From NCBI GenBank assembly GCA_963664825.1, contig OY761614.1, forward strand, positions 864,001 through 928,000: a DNA stretch of 64,000 nt, written 5' to 3'. The notes beneath the pieces were generated by a model. It did not search any database. It was not told the DNA's origin and saw only the letters and a program-made list of their open reading frames with translations. The stretch is from an uncultured Holophaga sp. (lineage in GTDB: Bacteria; Acidobacteriota; Holophagae; Holophagales; Holophagaceae). A program made the translations under genes and the position numbers. Positions 47,832-59,796 of the stretch are shown here, in pieces (positions within the stretch are counted from its first letter, which is position 1; each line of letters begins with the position of its first letter).

Positions 47832-49542
47832 TGGGCCCCCCGGGGCGTTCCCGGACCGCGAACTCCTCGATGATCGAATTGAGGATGCCCTCGGACTTGG
47901 CGGCATTGCGCCCCAGGCTGAAGGCGATGTCCTGCACGTTGGCCAGCATGTTCTGGATCACCTGCTGAGCCTTCTCGATGACCTGCTGCTGGCGCTGGTC
48001 GGTCTCCGTCACATCCAGCAGGAGGGCCCCGATCACGCGATGGGCCTCCACGGTGAAGATCGTCACGCTCAGGGTGCGCTCCCCGCAGGGAATGCTCTCC
48101 CGGATGATCTCCTCGCCGCTATCGAGCACCCTCTGGAAGTAATCGGTGAAGGACAGGAATTTCTCCAGATGGGCTCCCGCCAAGTCCGGCTGCGTCTCAT
48201 GGACCAGCCAGGCGTCCTCGCCCATGAGCCGGACGAATTCCTCGTTGCATTCGATGACTTCCAGCTCCTGCCCCAGGATGACCACCCCGAAGGGCAGGGT
48301 CCGCAGCAGGGCATTGGCCTTCTTTTGCGCCAGGTTCCGCATATTCGAAACGCACATGCGGCCCTCCGCCCGACCATCGAGAATGGCCCGGGCCAGCTCC
48401 CGGCAGCTGTCGTATCCGCAGGCGCCGCAGTTGAGTTCATCCTCCGCACTGCGCTTGCCGATGCGCTCCAGGATCTGGGTGATTTCCTCCTCAGCGAAGG
48501 CCGTCTCCACCAGGGGATTGGGCAGGTAATGGCTGGCCACGGGGGCCTCGGGGCGCCTGGGACAGGCCTTCGGGTCCTCCTGGACGTAGTCGAGCACCTT
48601 CATACGGGAGGCCACCGCCTCCCGGCGGGAGACCTTGGGACCGCAGACGCAGCCCCCCTCGCAGGCCAGCAGTTCCAGGAAAATATTCCGCTCCCGGGGC
48701 TGGGGCAGATCCTCAAGGGCGTCCTGGATCTGCCCCAGGCCGCTCAGGGTCATGAAGCGGGTGTTCGAACCGCGCATATTGAGCCGCGTGGCCTCCGCCA
48801 TGCCCCCTTCCACCGGATAGAGGGCGCCTTCGGCGGCGGGTTGGAGGAGGAAGCGATCCTCCGCTCCGGGTGTGAGGCGGGCGGGGTTGATGCCTGCCCG
48901 GTCAAACCAGGCCCGCAGATCCTCGAAGGTGAGCACGGCCCCCAACAGACCCGGATGGGCTTCGGCCTCCAGTTTCTTGGCGATGCAGGGGCCCACGAAG
49001 ACCACCGCGATATCGGGTCCCAGGTGGACCCGCAACAGCTCGGCATGAGCCAAGAGCGGGGAATGCACAGGCGAAAGATGCGGCACCAGCTCTGGGTGGT
49101 ACTTCTGCACCAGATCGACCGCCACGGGGCAGGCCGTGGAGAACATCATGCGGCCCGTGCCCCCATCCAGCTCCTGGGCGATCCAGGCCGAGACCTGCTG
49201 GGCCCCAAGCGCCGTCTCGCTCACCCCGTGGAAGCCCAGTCTGCGGATGGCCGCGATGAGCTGGCCGGGCTCGATCCCTTCGAATTCGCTGACGAAGGAG
49301 GGCGCCAGCGAGACCACCACCCGGGCACGGCTCTCCAATAGCTGGACCGCCAGCGCCGTATCGTTCCGAACCACCTTGGCCCCGGAGGGACAGGCCGCCA
49401 CACAGGCGCCGCAGGCGATGCAGCGCTCTGGCATGACGGTGGCGTGACCCACTGTGACGCGGATCGCCTTGACGGGACATCCCCGCACGCACTTGTAGCA
49501 GTCGTGGCATTGAGCCTGTTCGGAATAGACGGCGCCGTGCAT
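47824..49542 (-). CDS. PAS-domain sensory [FeFe]-hydrogenase (HfsB/HydS-like, group C)
   Basis: C.DCYKCVR.CPVKAI, STACP (lacks proton-transfer Cys), GPCIAKKLE, LACEGGC, LNCGACGYDSC, C-terminal PAS. Confidence 0.92.
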   Translation of the reverse strand: MHGAVYSEQAQCHDCYKCVRGCPVKAIRVTVGHATVMPERCIACGACVAACPSGAKVVRNDTALAVQLLESRARVVVSLAPSFVSEFEGIEPGQLIAAIRRLGFHGVSETALGAQQVSAWIAQELDGGTGRMMFSTACPVAVDLVQKYHPELVPHLSPVHSPLLAHAELLRVHLGPDIAVVFVGPCIAKKLEAEAHPGLLGAVLTFEDLRAWFDRAGINPARLTPGAEDRFLLQPAAEGALYPVEGGMAEATRLNMRGSNTRFMTLSGLGQIQDALEDLPQPRERNIFLELLACEGGCVCGPKVSRREAVASRMKVLDYVQEDPKACPRRPEAPVASHYLPNPLVETAFAEEEITQILERIGKRSAEDELNCGACGYDSCRELARAILDGRAEGRMCVSNMRNLAQKKANALLRTLPFGVVILGQELEVIECNEEFVRLMGEDAWLVHETQPDLAGAHLEKFLSFTDYFQRVLDSGEEIIRESIPCGERTLSVTIFTVEAHRVIGALLLDVTETDQRQQQVIEKAQQVIQNMLANVQDIAFSLGRNAAKSEGILNSIIEEFAVRERPGGPNA

Positions 49543-49572
49543 CAAATCATCCTTCCCTGAGTCCCAGTCTTG

Positions 49573-52191
49573 CTAGGCTTCCTTCCCCGCCTGAACCTCC
49601 GCGAAGGGACGGCCGTAGTAGGTGTCCAGCAGGATCTGGCGCAGCTCGCTGATCAGTGGGAAGCGGGGGTTCGTGCCCGTGCATTGGTCGTCGAAGGCCT
49701 CTTCGGCCAGACGGTCCACCTTGGCCAGAAATTCCTCCTCGGGGACGCCAGCCTCCCGGATGGAGGCAGGGATGCCCAGCTCCCGCTTGAGATCGTCCAC
49801 CCAGGCGATGAGGGCCTCCACCTTGTCGCCGGTGCGCGCGCCTCCCAGGCCCAGGTGATCGGCCACCTCGGCGTAGCGCCGTCTGGCCTGGGGCCGGTCG
49901 TACTGACTGAAGGCCGTCTGCTTGGTGGGATTATCGTTGGCGTTGTAGCGGATCACATTGGAGATCAGTAGCGCATTGGCCAGGCCATGGGCGATATGGA
50001 ATTCGGCCCCCAGCTTGTGGGCCATGGAATGGCAGACCCCCAGGAAGGCGTTGGCGAAGGCGATGCCTGCGATGGTGGCCGCGTTATGCACCGCTTCCCG
50101 GGCCTTCGGGTCCTGGGCCCCGTTATGGTAGGCCGAGGGGAGATGCTCCTGCAGGAGCCGCAGAGCCTGGAGGGCCTGGGGATCCGAAAACTCGTTGGCC
50201 ATCACGGAGACGTAGGCCTCCAGGGCGTGGGTCACGGCGTCGACGCCGCCAAAGGCCGTGAGGCTCTTGGGCATATTCATGACCAGGTTCGGATCCACGA
50301 TGGCGAGAGTCGGCGTGAGTTCGTAATCGGCGATGGGGTACTTCATGCCTGTCACTTCGTCGGTGACGACGGCGAAGGGAGTCACTTCTGAACCCGTGCC
50401 CGAGGTGGTGGGAATGGCCACCAGCGTGCACTTGACGCCCATCTTCGGGAACTTGTAGATGCGCTTGCGAATATCCATGAAGCGCAGGGCCAGATCCTCG
50501 AAGTGGATCTCGGGATGCTCGTAGAGCACGCCCATGATCTTGGCGGCGTCCATGGGCGATCCGCCACCGAGGGCCACCAGCACATCGGGTTTGAAGGCGC
50601 TGAGCATGGCCACGCCCTTGCGCACGATGGCTAGCGTCGGATCGGCCTCCACCTCGTGGAAGACCTCCACCTCCAGGCCCATCTTCTTCAGGATGCGGAT
50701 GACCTCGTCGGCGTACCCGTGGGTGAAGAGGTAGCGGTCCGTCACGATGGCCGCCCGCTTCTTGTCGGCCAGTTCCTCCAGGGCGAAGGGCAGGCAGCCG
50801 CGCCGGAAGTAGATGCTCTTGGGAAGCCTGTGCCACAGCATATTTTCAGCCCTCTTCGCCACGGTCTTCTTGTTGATCAGGTGCTTGGGTCCCACATTTT
50901 CTGAAATCGAATTGCCTCCCCAGGAGCCGCAGCCCAGCGTCAGCGAGGGGGCGAGCTTGAAGTTGTAGAGATCCCCGATGCCCCCTTGAGAAGAGGGCGT
51001 ATTGATGAGGATGCGGCCCGTCTTCATGCGCTCGCCGAAATACATGATGCGCCCCGGCTGCCCGTCCTGGTCGGTGTAGAGCACGGCCGTGTGGCCGATG
51101 CCCCCCAGGGCCACCAGGGCTTCGGCCTTTTCGGTGGCCTCCTGGAAATCCTTGGCGCGATACATGGCGAGGGTGGGAGAGAGCTTCTCGTGGGCGAAGG
51201 GCTCTTCCAGCCCCACCGATTCCACTTCCCCGATCAGCACCTTGGTGTAGACCGGCACGTCCAGACCGGCCATGGAGGCGATCTTCACCGCGGACTGGCC
51301 CACGATCTCGGCGTTGAGCCCTCCATTGATCAGGATGACACCGCGCACGGCCTCGCATTCCGTGGCGTTCAGGATGTAGCCCCCATGGGAGGCGAAGCGC
51401 TCCTTCACGGCCTCATAGACGCTCTCGACGATGATGACGGACTGCTCCGAGGCACATATCACGCCGTTGTCGAAGGTCTTGGACATGAGGATGGAAGCCA
51501 CGGCCCGCTTAATATCGGCGGTCTCGTCGATGACCACGGGCGTGTTGCCGGCGCCGACGCCGATGGCGGGACGGCCCGAGGAATAGGCCGCCTTCACCAT
51601 GCCGGGACCACCGGTGGCCAGGATCAGATTGATATCCGGGTGGTGCATGAGGACGTTCGAGAGCTCCACGCTGGGTTCGTCGATCCAGCCGATGATGCCC
51701 CGGGGAGCGCCCGCGGCCACGGCGGCCTCCAGCACGATCCGAGCCGCCTCGCAGGTGGAGCGCTTGGCCCTCGGATGGGGATTGAAGATGATGCCGTTGC
51801 GGGTCTTCAGGCTGATAAGCGCCTTGAAGATGGCCGTGGAGGTGGGATTGGTGGTGGGCACGATGCCGCAGATGATGCCGATGGGCTCGCCGATGGTGAT
51901 GGTGCCGAAGGCGTCATCCTCGGAAAGGACACCGCAGGTCTTCTCGTCCTTGTATTTGTTGTAGATGTACTCGGAGGCGAAGTGGTTCTTGATCACCTTG
52001 TCCTCGATGACGCCCATGCCGGTCTCGGCCACGGCCATCTTGGCCAGGGGGATGCGGGCATCAGCCGCCGCCAGGGCCGCCATGCGGAAGATCTCGTCGA
52101 CCTGCTCCTGGCTATAGGTGGCCAGCACGCGTTGGGCCTTCTTGACCCGGGCCACCAGGGCATCCAGTTCCTGAACGGTTGAGACAGACAT
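49573..52191 (-). CDS. adhE: Bifunctional acetaldehyde-CoA/alcohol dehydrogenase
   Basis: KVIKNHFASE, PTTNPTST, ATGGPGMV, GCGSWGGNS linker, GGGSPMDAAK, HSMAHK; RBS GGAGG. Confidence 0.98.
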   Translation of the reverse strand: MSVSTVQELDALVARVKKAQRVLATYSQEQVDEIFRMAALAAADARIPLAKMAVAETGMGVIEDKVIKNHFASEYIYNKYKDEKTCGVLSEDDAFGTITIGEPIGIICGIVPTTNPTSTAIFKALISLKTRNGIIFNPHPRAKRSTCEAARIVLEAAVAAGAPRGIIGWIDEPSVELSNVLMHHPDINLILATGGPGMVKAAYSSGRPAIGVGAGNTPVVIDETADIKRAVASILMSKTFDNGVICASEQSVIIVESVYEAVKERFASHGGYILNATECEAVRGVILINGGLNAEIVGQSAVKIASMAGLDVPVYTKVLIGEVESVGLEEPFAHEKLSPTLAMYRAKDFQEATEKAEALVALGGIGHTAVLYTDQDGQPGRIMYFGERMKTGRILINTPSSQGGIGDLYNFKLAPSLTLGCGSWGGNSISENVGPKHLINKKTVAKRAENMLWHRLPKSIYFRRGCLPFALEELADKKRAAIVTDRYLFTHGYADEVIRILKKMGLEVEVFHEVEADPTLAIVRKGVAMLSAFKPDVLVALGGGSPMDAAKIMGVLYEHPEIHFEDLALRFMDIRKRIYKFPKMGVKCTLVAIPTTSGTGSEVTPFAVVTDEVTGMKYPIADYELTPTLAIVDPNLVMNMPKSLTAFGGVDAVTHALEAYVSVMANEFSDPQALQALRLLQEHLPSAYHNGAQDPKAREAVHNAATIAGIAFANAFLGVCHSMAHKLGAEFHIAHGLANALLISNVIRYNANDNPTKQTAFSQYDRPQARRRYAEVADHLGLGGARTGDKVEALIAWVDDLKRELGIPASIREAGVPEEEFLAKVDRLAEEAFDDQCTGTNPRFPLISELRQILLDTYYGRPFAEVQAGKEA

Positions 52192-52256
52192 GCCATCCCT
52201 CCTTGGGTTAGGTTTCAAAGCTATCGACCAGGGCCGCAGGGTGAACCGAGGCCGTC

Positions 52257-52505
52257 TCACAAATACTTTTCGAGGATTCCGTTGAGGTCCTCGAGTTTGA
52301 TCTCCTGGATGAGGGTCTCGCCGATGCGGAGATTGGGCCCGTTCAAACAATGCCCCTCGCAGCGGCTGCCCTTCAGGAGCACCTTGTCCTCGAGCTGGTG
52401 CTCCCGCAGGAACTGGCGAATCACCTGCAGATGCTCGTTATTGCCGCGGGAGAAGCAGGAGCTCCCCAGACAGACGGTCAGCGGAATCTTGGCCTCGTTC
52501 GTCAT
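52257..52505 (-). CDS. Thioredoxin-like [2Fe-2S] ferredoxin (HfsA-like), copy 1
   Basis: VCLGSSCFSRGN...C.GHC.NGPN. Confidence 0.88.
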   Translation of the reverse strand: MTNEAKIPLTVCLGSSCFSRGNNEHLQVIRQFLREHQLEDKVLLKGSRCEGHCLNGPNLRIGETLIQEIKLEDLNGILEKYL

Positions 52506-52543
52506 ATCGCCTCGGCTCTTCGATGCCGCGTCGCGGGGCATCC

Positions 52544-52583
52544 GTTATCGAGAATTTTATATCGAGATTTTTTTCTCGATAAC
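52544..52583. promoter_or_regulatory. Double palindromic operator TCGAGA-N6-TCTCGA (Rex-like geometry)
   Basis: Perfect site 52562-52579 and overlapping 1-mismatch site 52548-52565; TTGACA on the minus strand at 52609-52614. Confidence 0.65.
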
Positions 52584-52712
52584 CTAGATTTGCATCCACC
52601 CTTCGCCCTGTCAAGCCCCTGCCCAGGAGAGGCCTAGACACAACGAAACCGGGCGCATCGAGCCCCATGAGGGGACAGAATGGCCCGGCTTCTCGGCGGA
52701 GCTAGGTTGGAA

Positions 52713-53099
52713 CTAAGCCTCGAGTTCACTCGTGCAGAACTTGCAGCGGGTGGCGGCCTTGGGCACGGTCTCCAGGCAGCGGGGGCAGGTCTTGATGTCT
52801 GCAGCCCCCTCCTTCTTCTTGGTCACGGCGGCCAACCCCTTCACGAAGACCAAGAAAACCACCAGGGCGATCAGGAGGAAATCGATGATCGCGCCCAGGA
52901 GGGTGCCCACCTGGAACTTGCCGACCATGAAGGCCTGCCAGTCACCGGCGGGGAGTACGTAGCTCACCAGGGGCATGATGAGCCCCCCGACGAAGGCCGT
53001 CACGATCTTGCCGAAGGCGCCGCCCAGGACCACGGCCACGGCTAGGTCCACCACATTACCCTTGGCCACGAAGGCCTTGAACTCCTGAATCAACGACAT
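52713..53099 (-). CDS. mscL: Large-conductance mechanosensitive channel
   Basis: EFKAF..KGNVVDLAVAVVLGGAFGKIV; C-terminal CPRC...CKFC. Confidence 0.95.
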   Translation of the reverse strand: MSLIQEFKAFVAKGNVVDLAVAVVLGGAFGKIVTAFVGGLIMPLVSYVLPAGDWQAFMVGKFQVGTLLGAIIDFLLIALVVFLVFVKGLAAVTKKKEGAADIKTCPRCLETVPKAATRCKFCTSELEA

Positions 53100-53155
53100 C
53101 GATTCCTCCCGGAAAATGAGCGCCACCGAAGCATCTGCGGCGCAAAGACAAAGGA

Positions 53156-54256
53156 TTACTGGGCCTTGGCCTTCGAAGCGGGAGTTTCCTCCACCGAAGT
53201 CTCGTGTTTGCGGACTTCGACGTTCTCGCCCTGAACCTTCACGTCGATCTCGACCCGGCGGTTCTTGGCCTGCCCAGCTTTGGTCTTGTTTTCTGTGATA
53301 GGTCGATCGGGACCGATGCCTTCGCTCTTAATGGAAGTCGCGGGAATGCCCGCACCGACGAGCACCTTGACCACCGCATCAGCCCGGCGCTTGCCGAGGC
53401 TCTTGTTGAGGGCCACGCTGCCCACAGAAGACGTGTGGCCGCTCACCACCAGCGTGTAATCACCCTTGTAGTCCTTGAGGCTCTCGGCGACCTTCTGCAC
53501 GGCCTGGACGCCCTCCAGGGAGAGGGCGGCCTTGCCGTTGGCGAAGTGCAGCACTGCCTCGTCCAGGATGATCTTTGCGGGTGGAGGTGGCGGCACAGGC
53601 TTCGCATCCTCGATGGGTTGAACGGGAGCCGGAACCGGCTCTGGGGGTGGCGGAGGAACGGCCTTCACTTCCTCCACGGGTTTGGGAGGCTCGGGCGCGG
53701 GTGCCGGCGGAGGAGGAGGCGTCGCGACCGTGCGCCCACCCCCCCAGCGGTATCCGAGGCCCAGGAGGGCCATGTACTCGCTCCGGCTCGTATCCGTCTC
53801 AATCCGCACGGCCCGTGCCTCCAAGCTGGCGATGAAATTCGCCGCCAGATGGGCCTGGACGCCCAGACCGCCGTGGAAATTGAAGCGGGTCGTGGTGTCG
53901 GTCGAGTAGGAATACGGGCTCTCCATCTGAGTGCCGCCGAGGCCCAGGCGCAGGTAGGGGAACCAGGTCGTCCCGCCGGGATTGAAGTTCATGAGGCCCG
54001 ATAGGAAACCGTGCGTTTCCCGGCCGCTTGGAATGCCACCCTTTCCGTCCAGGTCGGTGTTGAGGGCAGAGAACTCCACGCCCCAGCGATCCGTGATCCA
54101 GGTGCCAAGTCCGAGGCCGTAACCGAAACCATCCTTGATGTGAGAGCTGTCCTGGACGATGTAGGCCCCCTGGGCCTGGACCCATTTGGTGCCTTCCTGG
54201 GCGAACAGACTCCCGGTGGTAGCCAGCAACAGGGCGGTTATGACTGTAACTCTCAT
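53156..54256 (-). CDS. OmpA-family outer membrane protein
   Basis: Signal peptide, beta-barrel ending GLGYRW, Pro-rich linker, GHT...RRADAV...NRRVEI. Confidence 0.93.
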   Translation of the reverse strand: MRVTVITALLLATTGSLFAQEGTKWVQAQGAYIVQDSSHIKDGFGYGLGLGTWITDRWGVEFSALNTDLDGKGGIPSGRETHGFLSGLMNFNPGGTTWFPYLRLGLGGTQMESPYSYSTDTTTRFNFHGGLGVQAHLAANFIASLEARAVRIETDTSRSEYMALLGLGYRWGGGRTVATPPPPPAPAPEPPKPVEEVKAVPPPPPEPVPAPVQPIEDAKPVPPPPPAKIILDEAVLHFANGKAALSLEGVQAVQKVAESLKDYKGDYTLVVSGHTSSVGSVALNKSLGKRRADAVVKVLVGAGIPATSIKSEGIGPDRPITENKTKAGQAKNRRVEIDVKVQGENVEVRKHETSVEETPASKAKAQ

Positions 54257-54347
54257 GCTTTCCTCCTACGGGAACTCAGCTGCGCCTTAAAAGCTATTCC
54301 AGCTACTATCGATGGTCAATGCCTTAAATATACAGCCTGCCACCAGA

Positions 54348-55703
54348 CTATTTGGACCGCTTGGGCCGACTCGTGTAGATCTTGGCAGGTTCTCCTCCCC
54401 CCACCGGCCCCTTCCCGGGCCTGGGGCTTGGTTTCGAGCGGCCAGCAGGCCCCCGCTTGGGCTCCGGGGCCGCGGCCGAACGGGGTTTGAAGACTCGTTT
54501 GTCGCCGGAAGGGCTCCCGGTGCGGGATTGGGACGCGCCCGCAGGCCGCCCTTCCCCAGTGGGACGCTCGGCACGGGAAGGCCTGCCCTCCTTTGAAGGA
54601 AGGGGAGCCTTCCCCTCGGAGCGGGGTCGCGGGGTGGGCTCGGCCTCTTCGGGTTGTTCACCGGCATAGCGCTGGGCGCGTCGCACCCGGTCCAGTTTCC
54701 GTTCCTTGGTGATCTTGGGTTTGTAGATGCCTTCTTCCCCTTGGATCCCGGCTTCGGCCCGCTCCACCCGGCGCTGGGTGCGCAGGAACTTCAAGGCCCC
54801 CTCCATATCCGTGGGCAGGGGCGAGGTGACGGTGACCGGTTCGTCGGTGATGGGATGGCGGAAGCCCAGGATCTCGGCATGCAGGGCCTGCCGGTCCAGG
54901 ATCTCGCTCTTCTGGCCGTAGACCTGGTCCCCCAGCAGCGGGAAGCCGCGGTCCGCGAACTGCACGCGGATCTGGTTGCGGCGGCCGGTCTCCAGCTTGA
55001 CCTCCACCACGGTGTGGCCCGGCAGGCGCTCCAGCACCCGGTAATGGGTGATGGCGGCCTTGGCCCCCTTGTGCTCGTCCTTCTTGGGCTGCACCACGGC
55101 CATTTTCAGATCCTTGCGCTCGATCAGATGACCCAACAGAGTGCCGGCGTTCTCGGGCAGTTCGCCCACCAGGATGGCCTTGTAGACCCGGTTCAGCTTG
55201 TGGGCCCCGAAGGTCGTCTTCAGCCCGTGAAGGGCCTCGGGGGTCTTGGCGAAAACGAGCACGCCGGAGGTGAAGCGGTCCAGGCGATGCACGACGAAGA
55301 GTTTCATGCGCTTGAAGCCCCGGCGCCGGTAGTGATCCGTCAGGGCCTCGGCGAGATTATTCTCCTGGCCCTTCTCGGCCGGCACCGTGAGCAGCCCCGC
55401 GGGCTTATCGACGAAGACCAGATGATGGTCCTCGAAGAGCACCTTGAAGCCCGATTCGTCCAGGGCCTTCCGGGGCTTGGGCAGAGCCTGGTAGGTCCGC
55501 GCCGTATCGAAGGCCACGGCCACTTCGTCCCCGGCCTTCAGGCGCAGGCCGTAGCTGTGGGCCTCGGTGCCATTCACCTTCACGCAACCCGAATCCACGA
55601 GGCCCTTGGCCTGCCGGTGGCTGATTTCCAGAATCGTATGGAGTTCCGCAGCCAGCGCAGTTTCCTCGGCTTCGGCCTGCCAGGTCTTGTTCAATCGTGC
55701 CAT
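54348..55703 (-). CDS. RluA/RluD-family pseudouridine synthase
   Basis: S4-like N-terminus, DKPAGL, VHRLDRFTSG, LETGRRNQIRV, QALHA; basic low-complexity tail. Confidence 0.93.
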   Translation of the reverse strand: MARLNKTWQAEAEETALAAELHTILEISHRQAKGLVDSGCVKVNGTEAHSYGLRLKAGDEVAVAFDTARTYQALPKPRKALDESGFKVLFEDHHLVFVDKPAGLLTVPAEKGQENNLAEALTDHYRRRGFKRMKLFVVHRLDRFTSGVLVFAKTPEALHGLKTTFGAHKLNRVYKAILVGELPENAGTLLGHLIERKDLKMAVVQPKKDEHKGAKAAITHYRVLERLPGHTVVEVKLETGRRNQIRVQFADRGFPLLGDQVYGQKSEILDRQALHAEILGFRHPITDEPVTVTSPLPTDMEGALKFLRTQRRVERAEAGIQGEEGIYKPKITKERKLDRVRRAQRYAGEQPEEAEPTPRPRSEGKAPLPSKEGRPSRAERPTGEGRPAGASQSRTGSPSGDKRVFKPRSAAAPEPKRGPAGRSKPSPRPGKGPVGGGEPAKIYTSRPKRSK

Positions 55704-55778
55704 ATGCACCTCCGGGCCCGGCGTTCATCGGAACGCTGCGCGAACTTCCAGTAGATCATCCAATTGGGAAATCCCCCA

Positions 55779-55815
55779 ATAAAAACAGCGGCGGCAAAGC
55801 CGCCGCTGTTTTTAT
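55779..55815 (-). terminator. Intrinsic terminator (bidirectional shape) after the M16 peptidase
   Basis: ATAAAAACAGCGGCGGC-AAA-GCCGCCGCTGTTTTTAT perfect 17-bp inverted repeat. Confidence 0.9.
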
Positions 55816-55828
55816 ATCGAAGGGATTG

Positions 55829-58639
<2,811 letters not shown>

Positions 58640-58742
58640 CGAAGGACTCCAAAAGAATTGGGTGAGAAGGCGGGACGGATGGGATTTGACCAGACTCTAT
58701 CCCTGGTGGGATCAGGAGCCGTCACGCTTATGTAAAGTTGTG

Positions 58743-59342
58743 TTAAACCGACAAAAGTTCCCCGAGCTGCCGCTCCCAGCCTGCCTGGAGATCGCTCAGT
58801 TTCAGACCCTTCCCCTTCCCCGGCGCGGCCTGGAGGAGGCCCTGGGCCGAAGGGTGCGGCAGAGTGCAGAGTTCGAAGAGGGGGTCCTGGATCCGCAGGA
58901 ACAGCCACTCGGCCCGCTTTCCCATGGCGATGACGCGGAGGGTCCCAGGGCAGCGCGCCGCGGCCACGGACAGTTCCTGTCCGATCCGGGCCAGGTTTTC
59001 AGGAGAAGCCAGTTCCCGGTCCGTAGGCGCCTTGAAGGTCTGGCCATCGCGAGTGGGACAGCGGGGAAAGGCGTTGCTGAGGGCCACACCCCAGAGGAGA
59101 GGCGCCAGGCCGCGCGCCTTCATGCGCGCCCCATCCCAGTCCTCGTAGGCTTCAGGGGGCACCTGGGCCATGCCCGCCGCTTCCAGCCCCCGAAACACCG
59201 AGCGCCCCGCCCGGTCGCCCCAGAAGGGGATCCCACTCTTATCGGCCCCCAGGGGTCCCGGGGCCTCCCCGAAGAGCATGACGCGCACGGAGCCCTCCAG
59301 GGGAAAGAGGGGTCTCACGGGAGTCTGAAAAATGCGATCCAT
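58743..59342 (-). CDS. Uracil-DNA glycosylase superfamily protein
   Basis: GEAPG..GAD.SGIPF.GD, NAFPRCP, LPHPS. Confidence 0.85.
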   Translation of the reverse strand: MDRIFQTPVRPLFPLEGSVRVMLFGEAPGPLGADKSGIPFWGDRAGRSVFRGLEAAGMAQVPPEAYEDWDGARMKARGLAPLLWGVALSNAFPRCPTRDGQTFKAPTDRELASPENLARIGQELSVAAARCPGTLRVIAMGKRAEWLFLRIQDPLFELCTLPHPSAQGLLQAAPGKGKGLKLSDLQAGWERQLGELLSV

Positions 59343-59396
59343 GGCATAAGTTTGCCATAGGCCTATCATGGATGGTGCGCCGTCCTGGAGGCCCCG

Positions 59397-59603
59397 ATGC
59401 GCCTGGCAGCCCCGGCGGAGGCTCGACCCATCCCCCCCGCCCCGAATCCCGAACCCCACAAGAAAGCCGTTCCAAGTCCCCGGGGACAAGTCTTGATCTT
59501 CACCCTCCGGGAGGAATGCCCTGCCCGCCTGGGCCCCGAGGACCTGAGCGATCCCCGCCGCTACCATCAGCGGCTCCAAGAGTGGCTGCTGCGGCAGAAG
59601 TAG
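59397..59603 (+). CDS. Small hypothetical protein (68 aa)
   Basis: GGAGG 5 nt before ATG; fills the gap between UDG and metH. Confidence 0.5.
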   Translation: MRLAAPAEARPIPPAPNPEPHKKAVPSPRGQVLIFTLREECPARLGPEDLSDPRRYHQRLQEWLLRQK

Positions 59604-59796
59604 GGCGGCGACGGGAGACTTCCATACGCCGCCACTCGTGTCGGCGGCTATCGGGAGATGCACCTTCGAGTCGGGCACTCCCGGACGCCCTGCGTCCCAG
59701 TTTGGCCTTCGGCCAAGCCTGGTTCGCAGGGCTCTACGCCATCGCCTTCGGCCTCGTCGCCCCCCCTTCGGGGGCAGGCTTCCGGGAGCTGCACCC

